A DNA stretch of 64,000 bases from positions 62,001-126,000 of the IMG/VR virus record IMGVR_UViG_3300028536_000014. The stretch is one strand, 5' to 3'. Positions within the stretch are counted from its first letter, which is position 1. Every line of letters starts with the position of its first letter. The notes below the pieces were generated by a model, which ran no database searches, had not been told where the DNA came from, and was given only the letters and a program-made list of their open reading frames with translations. The translations under genes were made by a program, and so were the position numbers. This document shows, one piece after another, positions 45,032 through 54,367 of this stretch.

Positions 45032-47131
45032 TTAAACCTTACTAATGTTGTGTGTATAAATGTATTTACCTGCAACACTACCTGCAGCGTAAACACCTTT
45101 ATTCGTAATCGGACGAACAAGCTGTAAGCCGATTTCACTAATGGATTCAACTGTATCCCAATATGGAATAGCATTTTCTTCACCAATACGAACTGGAAGC
45201 TTCATACCTACTTTCAGTTCTGAAGACATAATTGTTGTATGATCTTCTAAACATAATGGCGTTGTTGTAGAAAATCCTAATTCTGCACCAGATGTCATTA
45301 CAATCCAGATACAAGGTTGCATCTCAGCATCACGAATAGAAACGATTGGTTTATCAAGGAATTCATAAGTATCCTCATCCATACCGTAGAGACTCATACC
45401 GACATAAGCGATATCTGCTGTTATATCAGATTTCAGATACATGTATGTCATTACACATCCACCACCATATCCGCCACCACTTGGCGGTGGTGTTGAACCA
45501 GAGAAGGTTAATGTTGTAACGGCAGCAGCAGTGATCGGTGTAGTTAAATACCCTATGACCTGCCAAGTAAAGAAGTTGTCATATGGATTACCAGACGAAC
45601 CAGAGTCTGTTTGAATCTTCACATAAACTTGACATCCTCGGCTTAACGTTGTTGGGGCTAATGCTTGACATTGAACTCCAACTTGATCACCAGATCCGTA
45701 AGCAGCAGTCGAAAGAAGAGTTTGTTGAACACTTGAAGAATCTGCACGTGCATAGACGCTACAAGGGTTTTGATGAGCTAAAATACCTGTCACTACCAAA
45801 ACAGCTGTAACTGGAATACTACTATCTACATTGGCTAGTGCAGTTGAAAAATCAGCATTCATCCAAACACCTGAGGTATTTGGGAACGTACAAATAACAG
45901 GTTGATCCAAAAGAATAAGACCAGGAGGCTCTATCCATCCAGTGTCATAATCAGCACCACTAAGTTTTACAAGAAGTTGTCCAGCTGATCCGCCAGCAGC
46001 AACACCAGCACCGGAACCAGTAGGCCCTTCAATATTACCGGTAGGACTGCCCCAGCTACCGGAGACTTTATGGTAAATGTCTCCATTATCATCATTAAGG
46101 TAATAATCACCATTGATACCAGTACCAGAACTAGGTACACCAGAACCGTTATACCAAACAGATCCAGGTGTACCAGTGCCAGTTGGACCCACAATGTTTG
46201 CGATGGGTGACCCCCAGCTACCAGAGACCTTGTGATAAACATCACCATTAGTGTCATTTAAGTAATAGTCACCATTAATACCAGTACCAGAACTAGGTAC
46301 TCCTGATCCATTGTACCAAATTGATCCAACAACACCAGAACCAGCCGGTCCTACAATATTAGCAACTGGAGAACCCCAGCTACCAGAAAGTTTCTGGTAA
46401 ACATCACCATTGGTGTCATTGAGGTAGTAATCGTTGTTAGCACCCAAACCACTACTAGGTGCACCAGCACCATTATACCAATGAGCACCAGTAGGTCCTT
46501 GAGGACCAATGGTTCCCTGAGGTCCTTGAGGTCCTGTTCCACCTGTTGCACCATTTTGACCGACAAGTGATGCAAGGAAGTCATTCTCAGTACCAGAGTT
46601 ACCAGCTTGTAACCATATCTGGTAAGCAGATAAACCTGTGATATAAGTAATAAAATCATCCTCAGTACCAGTATGTCCTGCACTGAGCCATATATCATAA
46701 TCAGAAAGTCCTTGAGGACCAGTCAATGAGTTAATGAAATCTTGACTAGAACCAGTATTACCAAGATCCAACCAAACCTGGTAAGCGGATTCTCCTTTTA
46801 GACTAGTGACGAAATCTTGTTCTGTACCTGTGTTACCAACGTCTAACCAACTCTGATAAGCGGATTCACCATTGGTACCATTAACACCATCTGTACCAGC
46901 AGCTCCTTTAATAGAGTTGATAAAATCAGTCTCGGTACCTGTATTACCGATATTCAACCAGCTCTGATAAGCAGAAAGACCCTGAAATCCACGTTCTCCC
47001 TGAAGACCTTGGAATAGTTCAACATTTACCTTACGGTTCTGCTGACTAACGGTTGATTGGTTTGGATCATAGACTGGAACGTACTCCGCTCCACTGAGCG
47101 CAGTTGAAGTAACCATACTGCTGATGCGCAT
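45032..47131 (-). CDS. Tail fibre-like protein with C-terminal Hint (intein-like) domain
   Basis: Same repeat types as the neighbour; GGG|C at 45457 opens a ~140-aa domain ending YTHN-ISKV. Confidence 0.7.
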   Translation of the reverse strand: MRISSMVTSTALSGAEYVPVYDPNQSTVSQQNRKVNVELFQGLQGERGFQGLSAYQSWLNIGNTGTETDFINSIKGAAGTDGVNGTNGESAYQSWLDVGNTGTEQDFVTSLKGESAYQVWLDLGNTGSSQDFINSLTGPQGLSDYDIWLSAGHTGTEDDFITYITGLSAYQIWLQAGNSGTENDFLASLVGQNGATGGTGPQGPQGTIGPQGPTGAHWYNGAGAPSSGLGANNDYYLNDTNGDVYQKLSGSWGSPVANIVGPAGSGVVGSIWYNGSGVPSSGTGINGDYYLNDTNGDVYHKVSGSWGSPIANIVGPTGTGTPGSVWYNGSGVPSSGTGINGDYYLNDDNGDIYHKVSGSWGSPTGNIEGPTGSGAGVAAGGSAGQLLVKLSGADYDTGWIEPPGLILLDQPVICTFPNTSGVWMNADFSTALANVDSSIPVTAVLVVTGILAHQNPCSVYARADSSSVQQTLLSTAAYGSGDQVGVQCQALAPTTLSRGCQVYVKIQTDSGSSGNPYDNFFTWQVIGYLTTPITAAAVTTLTFSGSTPPPSGGGYGGGCVMTYMYLKSDITADIAYVGMSLYGMDEDTYEFLDKPIVSIRDAEMQPCIWIVMTSGAELGFSTTTPLCLEDHTTIMSSELKVGMKLPVRIGEENAIPYWDTVESISEIGLQLVRPITNKGVYAAGSVAGKYIYTHNISKV

Positions 47132-47232
47132 TTTATTATCCTTGATGACCTATTGCCTTCACCTGATTTCCAAAAATACTAATTAACAACAAAAAAGAGA
47201 GACAGAAGCTAATGCTTCTGTCTCTATAGGTC

Positions 47233-48228
47233 TTATAAATAACAAATCAGATCGACTGATTGATTCGGAATGAATTCTTTATTCTGAAGATTATTGAACT
47301 CCAGCGAATGACACAGTTTATGATCATAGACCATATTGATAACTAATGCGGTACCTAATATTACGAAATAGATTTCGTAATAAGGATAGGTTACCATTTT
47401 TGTAACTTGATTTATCGTTCCATTAATATAGCCGGATATTGAATTTTCGGTCTTATTAAAAAGATCAAACCGATCCATTTGCTCGTTAATGAATTTCTGA
47501 TCAAACATGAATCCTTTCTTACGAAGGAATTCAACTAAACGCGCTTTCAATTCAGAAAACGTTTCAGTTCGATCATCTTTATCATTCAGTTCGGCAGGTC
47601 CATAATAACCATTGACAAAACCGAGACTAGCAGTAAGATCTAACTCACCATTTGGAAGTATCCAATTCCCATAGGGAATAATTTCAGGATCCCATAATTT
47701 ACAAACAAATTGTTTTCCAGCCATACCGGCTTTCAGCCAGTGATAGCCTTTTCGTTTCCGATATCGTATCGGTGGAGGCAAAATACGAAGAGTTTGTGTA
47801 TAACGTTCGTATTCAGAAAGTTCATTATACTCATCTTCATTACGAGGAAGTGCTTTCGGATTGAAGATCATTCGTCCAGCTAACTTCCGTCGATAAGCAT
47901 CCACTGCAAGAGTAATAAGATGAGCTTGAGGATAAATCAAGTAAGCACGATGAGTTTTTAGGTAAGTACGAAAATATTCGATGGTTGAAACTTCTTGACC
48001 CGCTTCGAAATCGAACACCGCATCGTCGTCTGAGATATTGACTTTGTTTTGATACAGAATACCGAACTCATTTGTTTCAAGAACGAATGCGATAACGGTC
48101 CGATCATGTCGAACCCAATATTGACCTCTCGATAATTGATAAGTATCATAATCGATCTGTTCTTTTTCAATTGTGACCGTGTTTTCTACTTCGCCTTCAA
48201 TAGGCACTAAAGAATTAGTTTCTTGCAC
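47233..48228 (-). CDS. Hypothetical protein
   Basis: 331-aa ORF. Confidence 0.6.
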   Translation of the reverse strand: MQETNSLVPIEGEVENTVTIEKEQIDYDTYQLSRGQYWVRHDRTVIAFVLETNEFGILYQNKVNISDDDAVFDFEAGQEVSTIEYFRTYLKTHRAYLIYPQAHLITLAVDAYRRKLAGRMIFNPKALPRNEDEYNELSEYERYTQTLRILPPPIRYRKRKGYHWLKAGMAGKQFVCKLWDPEIIPYGNWILPNGELDLTASLGFVNGYYGPAELNDKDDRTETFSELKARLVEFLRKKGFMFDQKFINEQMDRFDLFNKTENSISGYINGTINQVTKMVTYPYYEIYFVILGTALVINMVYDHKLCHSLEFNNLQNKEFIPNQSVDLICYL

Positions 48229-48329
48229 AATGAACTCCTTTAACTAGCAAAAGATAGATTGATTAATAAGAAAAAAAAAGATAGATCTGAGCTTTAAGCT
48301 CAGATCTATCTTAATGTAATTCACAAATG

Positions 48330-49607
48330 TTAAGCTGAGATGAACCCAACTTGCTTTTTCGATTTCGTGTGAATGTTATTCACACTTTCGTAGTTCAATG
48401 CTTCAGCCAGAGTCAAATTACCTACGATATGGTGATCTTCCGGAAGCTCTGATAGACCGATCGCCAATCGTGCCGTACTGGCCTCAGCAACTGTCAGTTT
48501 CCTGAAATTGATCACCATGAAGGTACGACCAGAACGAATCAGCGCTTCGTCGACCTGATTCACATTCGGGAGATTGGTCGAGATAATCAACTTCCGACGT
48601 GTCTTGATGATACCATCCGACATATTGAGAAGTGCTGACATCTTGCTATTACCATTTTGTCGACAGCCAATGTAATTATCGGCATCTTCAAGGGTAACTA
48701 AAGTTCCATCACCGAAATCACCGATCCAATTGCTAATGTTAGGTGATTCCAATGCATTCTGATCATTACAAATTCCGAAATGTTCAAATTCGCATTCCAG
48801 CATGATCGTGCGAGATAAGGTTGACTTGCCAGTACCTGGAGGACCAACCAGAAGTAGGATGTTCTGCTTGGAAGCCATGAAATCTTTAACCAGTTTCTTA
48901 ATACCATCAGTGATAAACGGATAGAAACTATCATGACCAACGTCAGCACCTTCAGATTCGATCGTACGATCGATAACCTTGAAAGTTCCATCGTTAGCAA
49001 CACCGGTTAGGATATGAACCTTCTTGATGCTTGGAGCTTGGAACCGTTCTAGGAAATGCTTTTCCCAACGCTTTACTTTATCGTGGTCACCGCACACCAC
49101 GATCGAGTAAGCTTCTTTGATATTGTAATGTGTCAAATGAATGACTAGATCAGGAATGTTGGGATTGGCTTCATCAACGATATAACCGCGCCAAACCAGA
49201 TTGGAAAAGAACTGGGTTTTGAAATTATACTCTTTGAAAAGAGCCATGAAGGTTTCGATCTTCATGTTTTCAGAACCGATGATATTGTAAATGAATGTAC
49301 CAGTATTCAGACCATGAGCGGCACGATAAGCCCAGACATATTCCACAAACCGTGTAGTATCGACATCCATCGACACCATGATTTCGGGTAAATTCTCGAT
49401 GAACGGTTTTCGAAATAGTTCAATTTCACCTTTATTGGTGAAATGCATTTCGCTATCCCACATTAATCTCAGTCCATCTTTCTGAAACTTATGATCGTTA
49501 TTTTTCAGAACCTTTTTGCTGTTATTGAAATAATACAGCAAACAAGCAACAAAAAGAATCGAGACAACAATGCTGATGGCCCAAATCGTTAGATTCATAG
49601 TAATCAT
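48330..49607 (-). CDS. Membrane-anchored AAA+ ATPase
   Basis: N-terminal TM; GPPGTGKS, LEDAD, LLN..DG, IISTN, DEALIRSGR. Confidence 0.85.
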   Translation of the reverse strand: MITMNLTIWAISIVVSILFVACLLYYFNNSKKVLKNNDHKFQKDGLRLMWDSEMHFTNKGEIELFRKPFIENLPEIMVSMDVDTTRFVEYVWAYRAAHGLNTGTFIYNIIGSENMKIETFMALFKEYNFKTQFFSNLVWRGYIVDEANPNIPDLVIHLTHYNIKEAYSIVVCGDHDKVKRWEKHFLERFQAPSIKKVHILTGVANDGTFKVIDRTIESEGADVGHDSFYPFITDGIKKLVKDFMASKQNILLLVGPPGTGKSTLSRTIMLECEFEHFGICNDQNALESPNISNWIGDFGDGTLVTLEDADNYIGCRQNGNSKMSALLNMSDGIIKTRRKLIISTNLPNVNQVDEALIRSGRTFMVINFRKLTVAEASTARLAIGLSELPEDHHIVGNLTLAEALNYESVNNIHTKSKKQVGFISA

Positions 49608-50035
49608 TTCTTCTTAGTGGTTGAAATTTTGGTTTCTTTTAGGAAATGCTTTTCCCAATAGGAAACACATGTTGGATCTCCAAAGATTACAATCGTGTAA
49701 GGTTCAGTAGGGTTATAGTGAGTCAAATGAATGATCAGATGTGGAACGTCGTCTGGATCTGTTTCATCAACGATATAACCGCGCCAGACCTTGTTAGATA
49801 AGAACTGGGTTTTGAAATTATACTCTTTAAAGAGTTCAATGATGGACTTGATTGTCACATTGTTAGAGAGATCGATCTCATGTTGGAATAATTTCGTATT
49901 CAAACCACGAGTGGCACGATAAGCCCAGACGTACTCTGTAAATCGACTTGTATCGATATCCATCGTAATAACGATAGCTGGGAGGGTGTCCAAGAATGGT
50001 TTATTGTGTACTTCCAAAAAGTCATTGGAATTCAT
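49604..50035 (-). CDS. Stand-alone duplicate of the AAA+ ATPase N-terminal domain
   Basis: KPF...LP.I...MD.DT.RF.EYVWAYRA..GLNT...FKEYNFKTQF.SN.VWRGYIVDE shared with 48330-49607. Confidence 0.75.
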   Translation of the reverse strand: MNSNDFLEVHNKPFLDTLPAIVITMDIDTSRFTEYVWAYRATRGLNTKLFQHEIDLSNNVTIKSIIELFKEYNFKTQFLSNKVWRGYIVDETDPDDVPHLIIHLTHYNPTEPYTIVIFGDPTCVSYWEKHFLKETKISTTKKK

Positions 50036-50040
50036 GATGA

Positions 50041-50295
50041 TTAAAACTCCTTAAGTGATTTGATTTGCTTATTTATAACATGTTTTTCTACAACAGTATT
50101 TAACAGACCTTTTTTACAGACTAACGATATTGATTGTTTTACTTTTATCCTACTTTTCCGACCATGAATATAATGGTCTTCTATCGTCTTGTTGTTTAAA
50201 AGAATGATTCCGTCCTCCTCTATTGAAAGAAGAAGACGGAATTGATAATGTTTTTGTTGATAAAACTCATTACCATTTATCCTAAAGTAAATCAA
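50041..50295 (-). CDS. Hypothetical protein
   Basis: 84-aa ORF. Confidence 0.4.
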   Translation of the reverse strand: MIYFRINGNEFYQQKHYQFRLLLSIEEDGIILLNNKTIEDHYIHGRKSRIKVKQSISLVCKKGLLNTVVEKHVINKQIKSLKEF

Positions 50296-50309
50296 AGCTT
50301 ACTCCTTGA

Positions 50310-50492
50310 TTAATCTTCCTCAGCTAACCAAGTTCCTACTGTTGCTATGATAGGTTTTGGTAAACGGATATTTCCAGATATTCTTAAAGGCTCTTCCATG
50401 TTCCAAATATTAAATTTTGGACTTAAAGAATACCACATATCTGCCATGGCTTCATCCAGAGACAAACACAACGAGCAAGAATCTCCATCAAA
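50310..50492 (-). CDS. Exon 2 of the non-virion RNA polymerase beta-prime-like subunit
   Basis: Begins TTT GAT GGA GAT (FDGD), completing NAD-FDGD; continues P..N....P..ISGN..LP.P...WL. Confidence 0.9.
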   Translation of the reverse strand, partial: FDGDSCSLCLSLDEAMADMWYSLSPKFNIWNMEEPLRISGNIRLPKPIIATVGTWLAEED

Positions 50493-50832
50493 CCTTACCT
50501 TCAAGTAGAATCGTTACTTCTACTCCGTGTTGATACACAGCTCTAACTTTCATTAGAAGAGGAGAACATATCACGATCTCTTTCGAGACCCCTTCCATTT
50601 CAGCTCACTTGAGCCTACTCCGCGCTACCGGATGTTCGTTGAACGTTTTTCTGACGGATCAGAAACTTCGCTGCGGATTATCCAATCTTCTTATTTGTTA
50701 CCATACCTGAGTGATTAGTTCAGCCATTGTTATATCACTATAACAACTTGGTATAAGAAGCTCTAAAGGACTTTCCCGACAATTAGAAAGGTGCTATTCA
50801 GATATCACTATCTGAAAGGACTAAAACTGTTA
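50493..50832 (-). ncRNA. Group I intron, ORF-less (340 nt), in the RNAP catalytic motif
   Basis: P1 GAT|TAA with TTAGTC; AATTGTCGGGAAA, AATCCGCAGC, GTTCAACGAACAT/ATGTTC (P7); terminal G. Confidence 0.92.
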
Positions 50833-52071
50833 ATCAGCGTTCATGCTCGTTGTGATCAAAATACTGACTCCAAATGTCAGATCCTTCGGATCGTTTTTAA
50901 CTCTTGGAATATAAACCTTCTGAATGGAACCTTGAAGCAAAGATGGAAATCGATTAAACAAGACTGGATAACGCCCATCTTTAGTATCAGAGATAATTTC
51001 TTTCAGATATTGATCAAGCAGTGGATGATAAATTTCAGTATGAGATAGAAGAAGTCCCACAGCGTCATTAATCAACATTCCACTTTTCTTGATAAGCTTG
51101 TTAATGAGCATCGGTCTGAAAATCGTTAAACCAACACCCCAAGGTATTTCAATTTCATCATATCGATGTGCGTCTGTTATCGAAGAGATAACAGCTCGTG
51201 CGGAATAATCGAATCGAGATCCACCGATATAATGTCGAAAGAGTCCAGACTTCTTAGCAACGATCGTCTTGAAATAACTGTCATAAAACTTACAGCTAAG
51301 AAGATACATCGCTCTAGCTGTACGATTTTCTTTAACAGAAACTGTTTGATTATGAAAATCTTTATCGATCGATACCAACATTTCGATAGCTTCAAGTGCT
51401 AACGGAACGGTACTGTCGATATAAGTGGCCAGAGATGTTTTCTCGATAACCAAGAGAGACTTATTCAGTAAAGGAATATAATCCGAGAACAAAATATCTT
51501 TCTTAACTGTTAAAAGATCAGCAAGATAATCTCGTCCTATTCCTTTGATTTTAAAATCTTTCAGACTCATCAAGAATTCGATGATCGATTGAAAATTCTG
51601 AACGAAGTAATTATATCCACGTTGAATACCAGCTTGTTCAATTTTATCTACGACATCAGGACGATTGATCTGAGGTGAATATGTTGTATCAGTTAACCAT
51701 CTCAAGATGCTAAATTTTGATTTGCTAAATCGATAATCCAACATAATCCAGATTATTGGTGACATCAATTTCTCAACACCAATAGGTTTTCGAAACCAAA
51801 CCAACGGTTCAATGGTGTTTTCAATCGCTGCACTGACGAGTGTGTCGCAGTGTTCACAAATCGTATTCTTACTGAATTCTCCTTTTGTCATTCCACATCG
51901 ACACGAAGGAAGAATTGTCACCATGTCACTTGAATAAGTTGTGGTGATTAATTGTTCAATACGTTCACGATCTTTCGTGGTAGTGTTAAGCAAGTCGTTT
52001 ATGATAATCGGAGGGTTCTTGAGCCCCTCGAACATCATATTGTTATCGATCAAACTCTGGATAATAGGCAC
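50833..52071 (-). CDS. Exon 1 of the non-virion RNA polymerase beta-prime-like subunit (phiKZ gp55-like); spliced product 473 aa
   Basis: Zinc finger CRCG...CEHC, K.GLFR..I.GSR.DYSARAVIS, FNRFPSL, ends SMNAD. Confidence 0.9.
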
Positions 52072-52084
52072 TTAAATACTCTTT

Positions 52085-52375
52085 TTAATTATCTTCATTA
52101 ATTATCAGAGCATCGACCTGATGATTATAAATCGGATCATCCTTTTTAAATCCATACATCTTTCTTTTCTTTTGTTCTTCTATTTCTTTCTTCTGCTCGA
52201 TGTCACGCAGTTCACGTGCACGTTTTGCATGTTCTTCAGAGAAGACGACACCCTGACGAGCTGTTTGAGATTCAGGATGTTCTCGACAAGCACGTCCTTT
52301 TCCTGGTACAGCATAGGACTTAGGTTTCGTGGTAGGTTTACCACAAACACAACAATTGAACGTCGAAAAGCTCAT
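52085..52375 (-). CDS. Hypothetical zinc-finger protein
   Basis: CCVCGK...ACREH. Confidence 0.55.
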   Translation of the reverse strand: MSFSTFNCCVCGKPTTKPKSYAVPGKGRACREHPESQTARQGVVFSEEHAKRARELRDIEQKKEIEEQKKRKMYGFKKDDPIYNHQVDALIINEDN

Positions 52376-52460
52376 GTTAGAAGAACTCCTTTTGAGGAAA
52401 TCGGGTGTGACATCAAATAGAGTATGTAGTATTGAAAATATTATAGAATAGGTTTATTAT

Positions 52461-52688
52461 TCAATAATTATGTTTTGGTTTTCTAGTTGTTTTATAACGC
52501 TTACCTGTATTAATTATTTTCATGGCTTCAGATTTATCTAAAGTGTTATCTGATTCTTTACCAGTAACATTTTCCATCAATAATTGTTTTTCGAATGCTG
52601 AACTCGTACCATAGAAAAGATCTTTGAATAGAATAACAGATCCGTGTGATAATGATTTATTTTTTCTAAATTGTGCTATCGGGTTCAT
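52461..52688 (-). CDS. Hypothetical protein
   Basis: AT-rich ORF. Confidence 0.4.
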   Translation of the reverse strand: MNPIAQFRKNKSLSHGSVILFKDLFYGTSSAFEKQLLMENVTGKESDNTLDKSEAMKIINTGKRYKTTRKPKHNY

Positions 52689-52853
52689 TTATATCACTTT
52701 TATAATGTTTAATTTATAGAACAATAAAGTATTTATTTAGTGATGAGAAATCTGTTCCACTTTAATATTTCCAATAATCATTCTTATCATGGTTACTTTT
52801 ATTAAAATAATTGATAGTAGAATTAAAATAATGTTGTTTTCTAAATACTAAAT

Positions 52854-53117
52854 TTATAACGTTTTTCTTATGAAATAGTCAGAATCATCTTTATGAGTTA
52901 CACTACACAATGCTCTAGGTTTATTACCATTAATAAACCTTCCACTGAATAGTTTTTCATTAATTATCGGTTGATCAAATAAGAAAAGTTTCTGTTCATA
53001 ACCAAGATGTTCAACCTGATTAAGAGATTTAAAATAAGAATTAACACCTAGATAACTTTTATCAAATGTTTTAACAATAGATTGATGTTGTATTTCTCTC
53101 TGAAGTGAAAGACTCAT
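52854..53117 (-). CDS. Hypothetical protein
   Basis: AT-rich ORF. Confidence 0.4.
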   Translation of the reverse strand: MSLSLQREIQHQSIVKTFDKSYLGVNSYFKSLNQVEHLGYEQKLFLFDQPIINEKLFSGRFINGNKPRALCSVTHKDDSDYFIRKTL

Positions 53118-53119
53118 TC

Positions 53120-53446
53120 TTATTCCTTCAATATGCTAATAGACTTACAAGATGGAAATCTATTATTTAATGATATATTTTTCATATCAACAATATCATC
53201 ATTAAGATATTTTATTAAATTACGTTTATACATTGAAATAAAACCACCGATAACGATTGGTGATTTATTCATATATTGTCTGGATTCTTTTATTAGATTA
53301 ACTAATATTCGTTTTATGGATTTAATCATTACTAATCTCAATAATAACTCACATAGAGTATATAATATTGAAACAAAATAGACAGTCTTCTCAGAACCAT
53401 CAATAGGTTCTGAGAAGACTGATTTGTTACTGACTAGAACCAGCAT
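53120..53446 (-). CDS. Hypothetical protein
   Basis: AT-rich ORF, start uncertain. Confidence 0.3.
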   Translation of the reverse strand: MLVLVSNKSVFSEPIDGSEKTVYFVSILYTLCELLLRLVMIKSIKRILVNLIKESRQYMNKSPIVIGGFISMYKRNLIKYLNDDIVDMKNISLNNRFPSCKSISILKE

Positions 53447-53909
53447 ATTGGAAATACGTTGTCACTGCAGTTTGTAAGGTAGCTAACTGAGTTGTATATG
53501 TTGTATAATTCGGATCATTCGAAAGTGCAGTAATCGACGTTGTAATCGCTTGCATGATATCATTGACAGTTCCATCTCTATCAAAAATAGTCTGTGGATC
53601 AGTGGTATAAGCATTGTAAGTTGTCATCGCTGTAATCAATAGTGGTTTCTGAGTTGCAAGAACCGCTGCTTGATCAGTTTGAGACACCATGGAATTACTT
53701 AACATATAGAAAGCGTTAGAAATGTCTTCACCATAACAACCTAACTGAGCTTGTTTTACATAAGACATTCCAGTTGCAGATGGATTACAAGGACCTAGGT
53801 CTGGTGGTATTTGACCAAACTGATTACAAACCCAAGGTTGATAAGAAGAAGAAGCGTAGCTGAAATATCTTGGGTATCCGTTATTACTACAACTACTATC
53901 TCCGCTCAT
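53427..53909 (-). CDS. Hypothetical protein
   Basis: 160-aa ORF. Confidence 0.55.
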   Translation of the reverse strand: MSGDSSCSNNGYPRYFSYASSSYQPWVCNQFGQIPPDLGPCNPSATGMSYVKQAQLGCYGEDISNAFYMLSNSMVSQTDQAAVLATQKPLLITAMTTYNAYTTDPQTIFDRDGTVNDIMQAITTSITALSNDPNYTTYTTQLATLQTAVTTYFQYAGSSQ

Positions 53910-54253
53910 GACTTTTCCTTAGGAAAGAAATAGATTCCACAAGATCAAACAAAAAAAAATAACAAAGTAAAACATCACAGACCGACGTAGTTAGTCGGTC
54001 TGTGATGCCTGGCGTGATCAACACGCCATCTGTGTGTTTATGGATAACACATACCCAGAGTGATCTATACTTCTAGATCAAACGTCGAAAGCAGCTTGTG
54101 TACCCACCTTCCAGAAATTCCGACTTTTATGAAAGTTTAATTCTTTGCCCCTTAATACGTCTATTAAGTTCTTAAGAATATGGGTGCCAGTCCTTAAACG
54201 ATGGAAATCAGGTCTCTGAAATTCATCGTTTTATATTAAGAACCAGCTAGTCA

Positions 54254-54274
54254 TCAGATTAAGTATATGTGATT
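54254..54274 (-). promoter_or_regulatory. Putative phage promoter motif
   Basis: tcagattaagtatatgtgatt, just past the chimallin terminator. Confidence 0.6.
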
Positions 54275-54306
54275 AAAATATTTTAAGAATGGTATTCAAT
54301 AAAAAA

Positions 54307-54340
54307 AGATACATCCGAGCTTTTAGGCTCGGATGTATCT
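54307..54340 (-). terminator. Intrinsic terminator after chimallin
   Basis: 14-bp stem plus T tract on the minus strand. Confidence 0.75.
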
Positions 54341-54367
54341 AATTGATTCTTATTGAAACCTATTTTC

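Noticed and set aside
50310-50504. Independent 64-aa ORF starting MKVRFDGD
   Set aside because: It is exon 2 of the RNAP subunit; the first four codons lie in the intron
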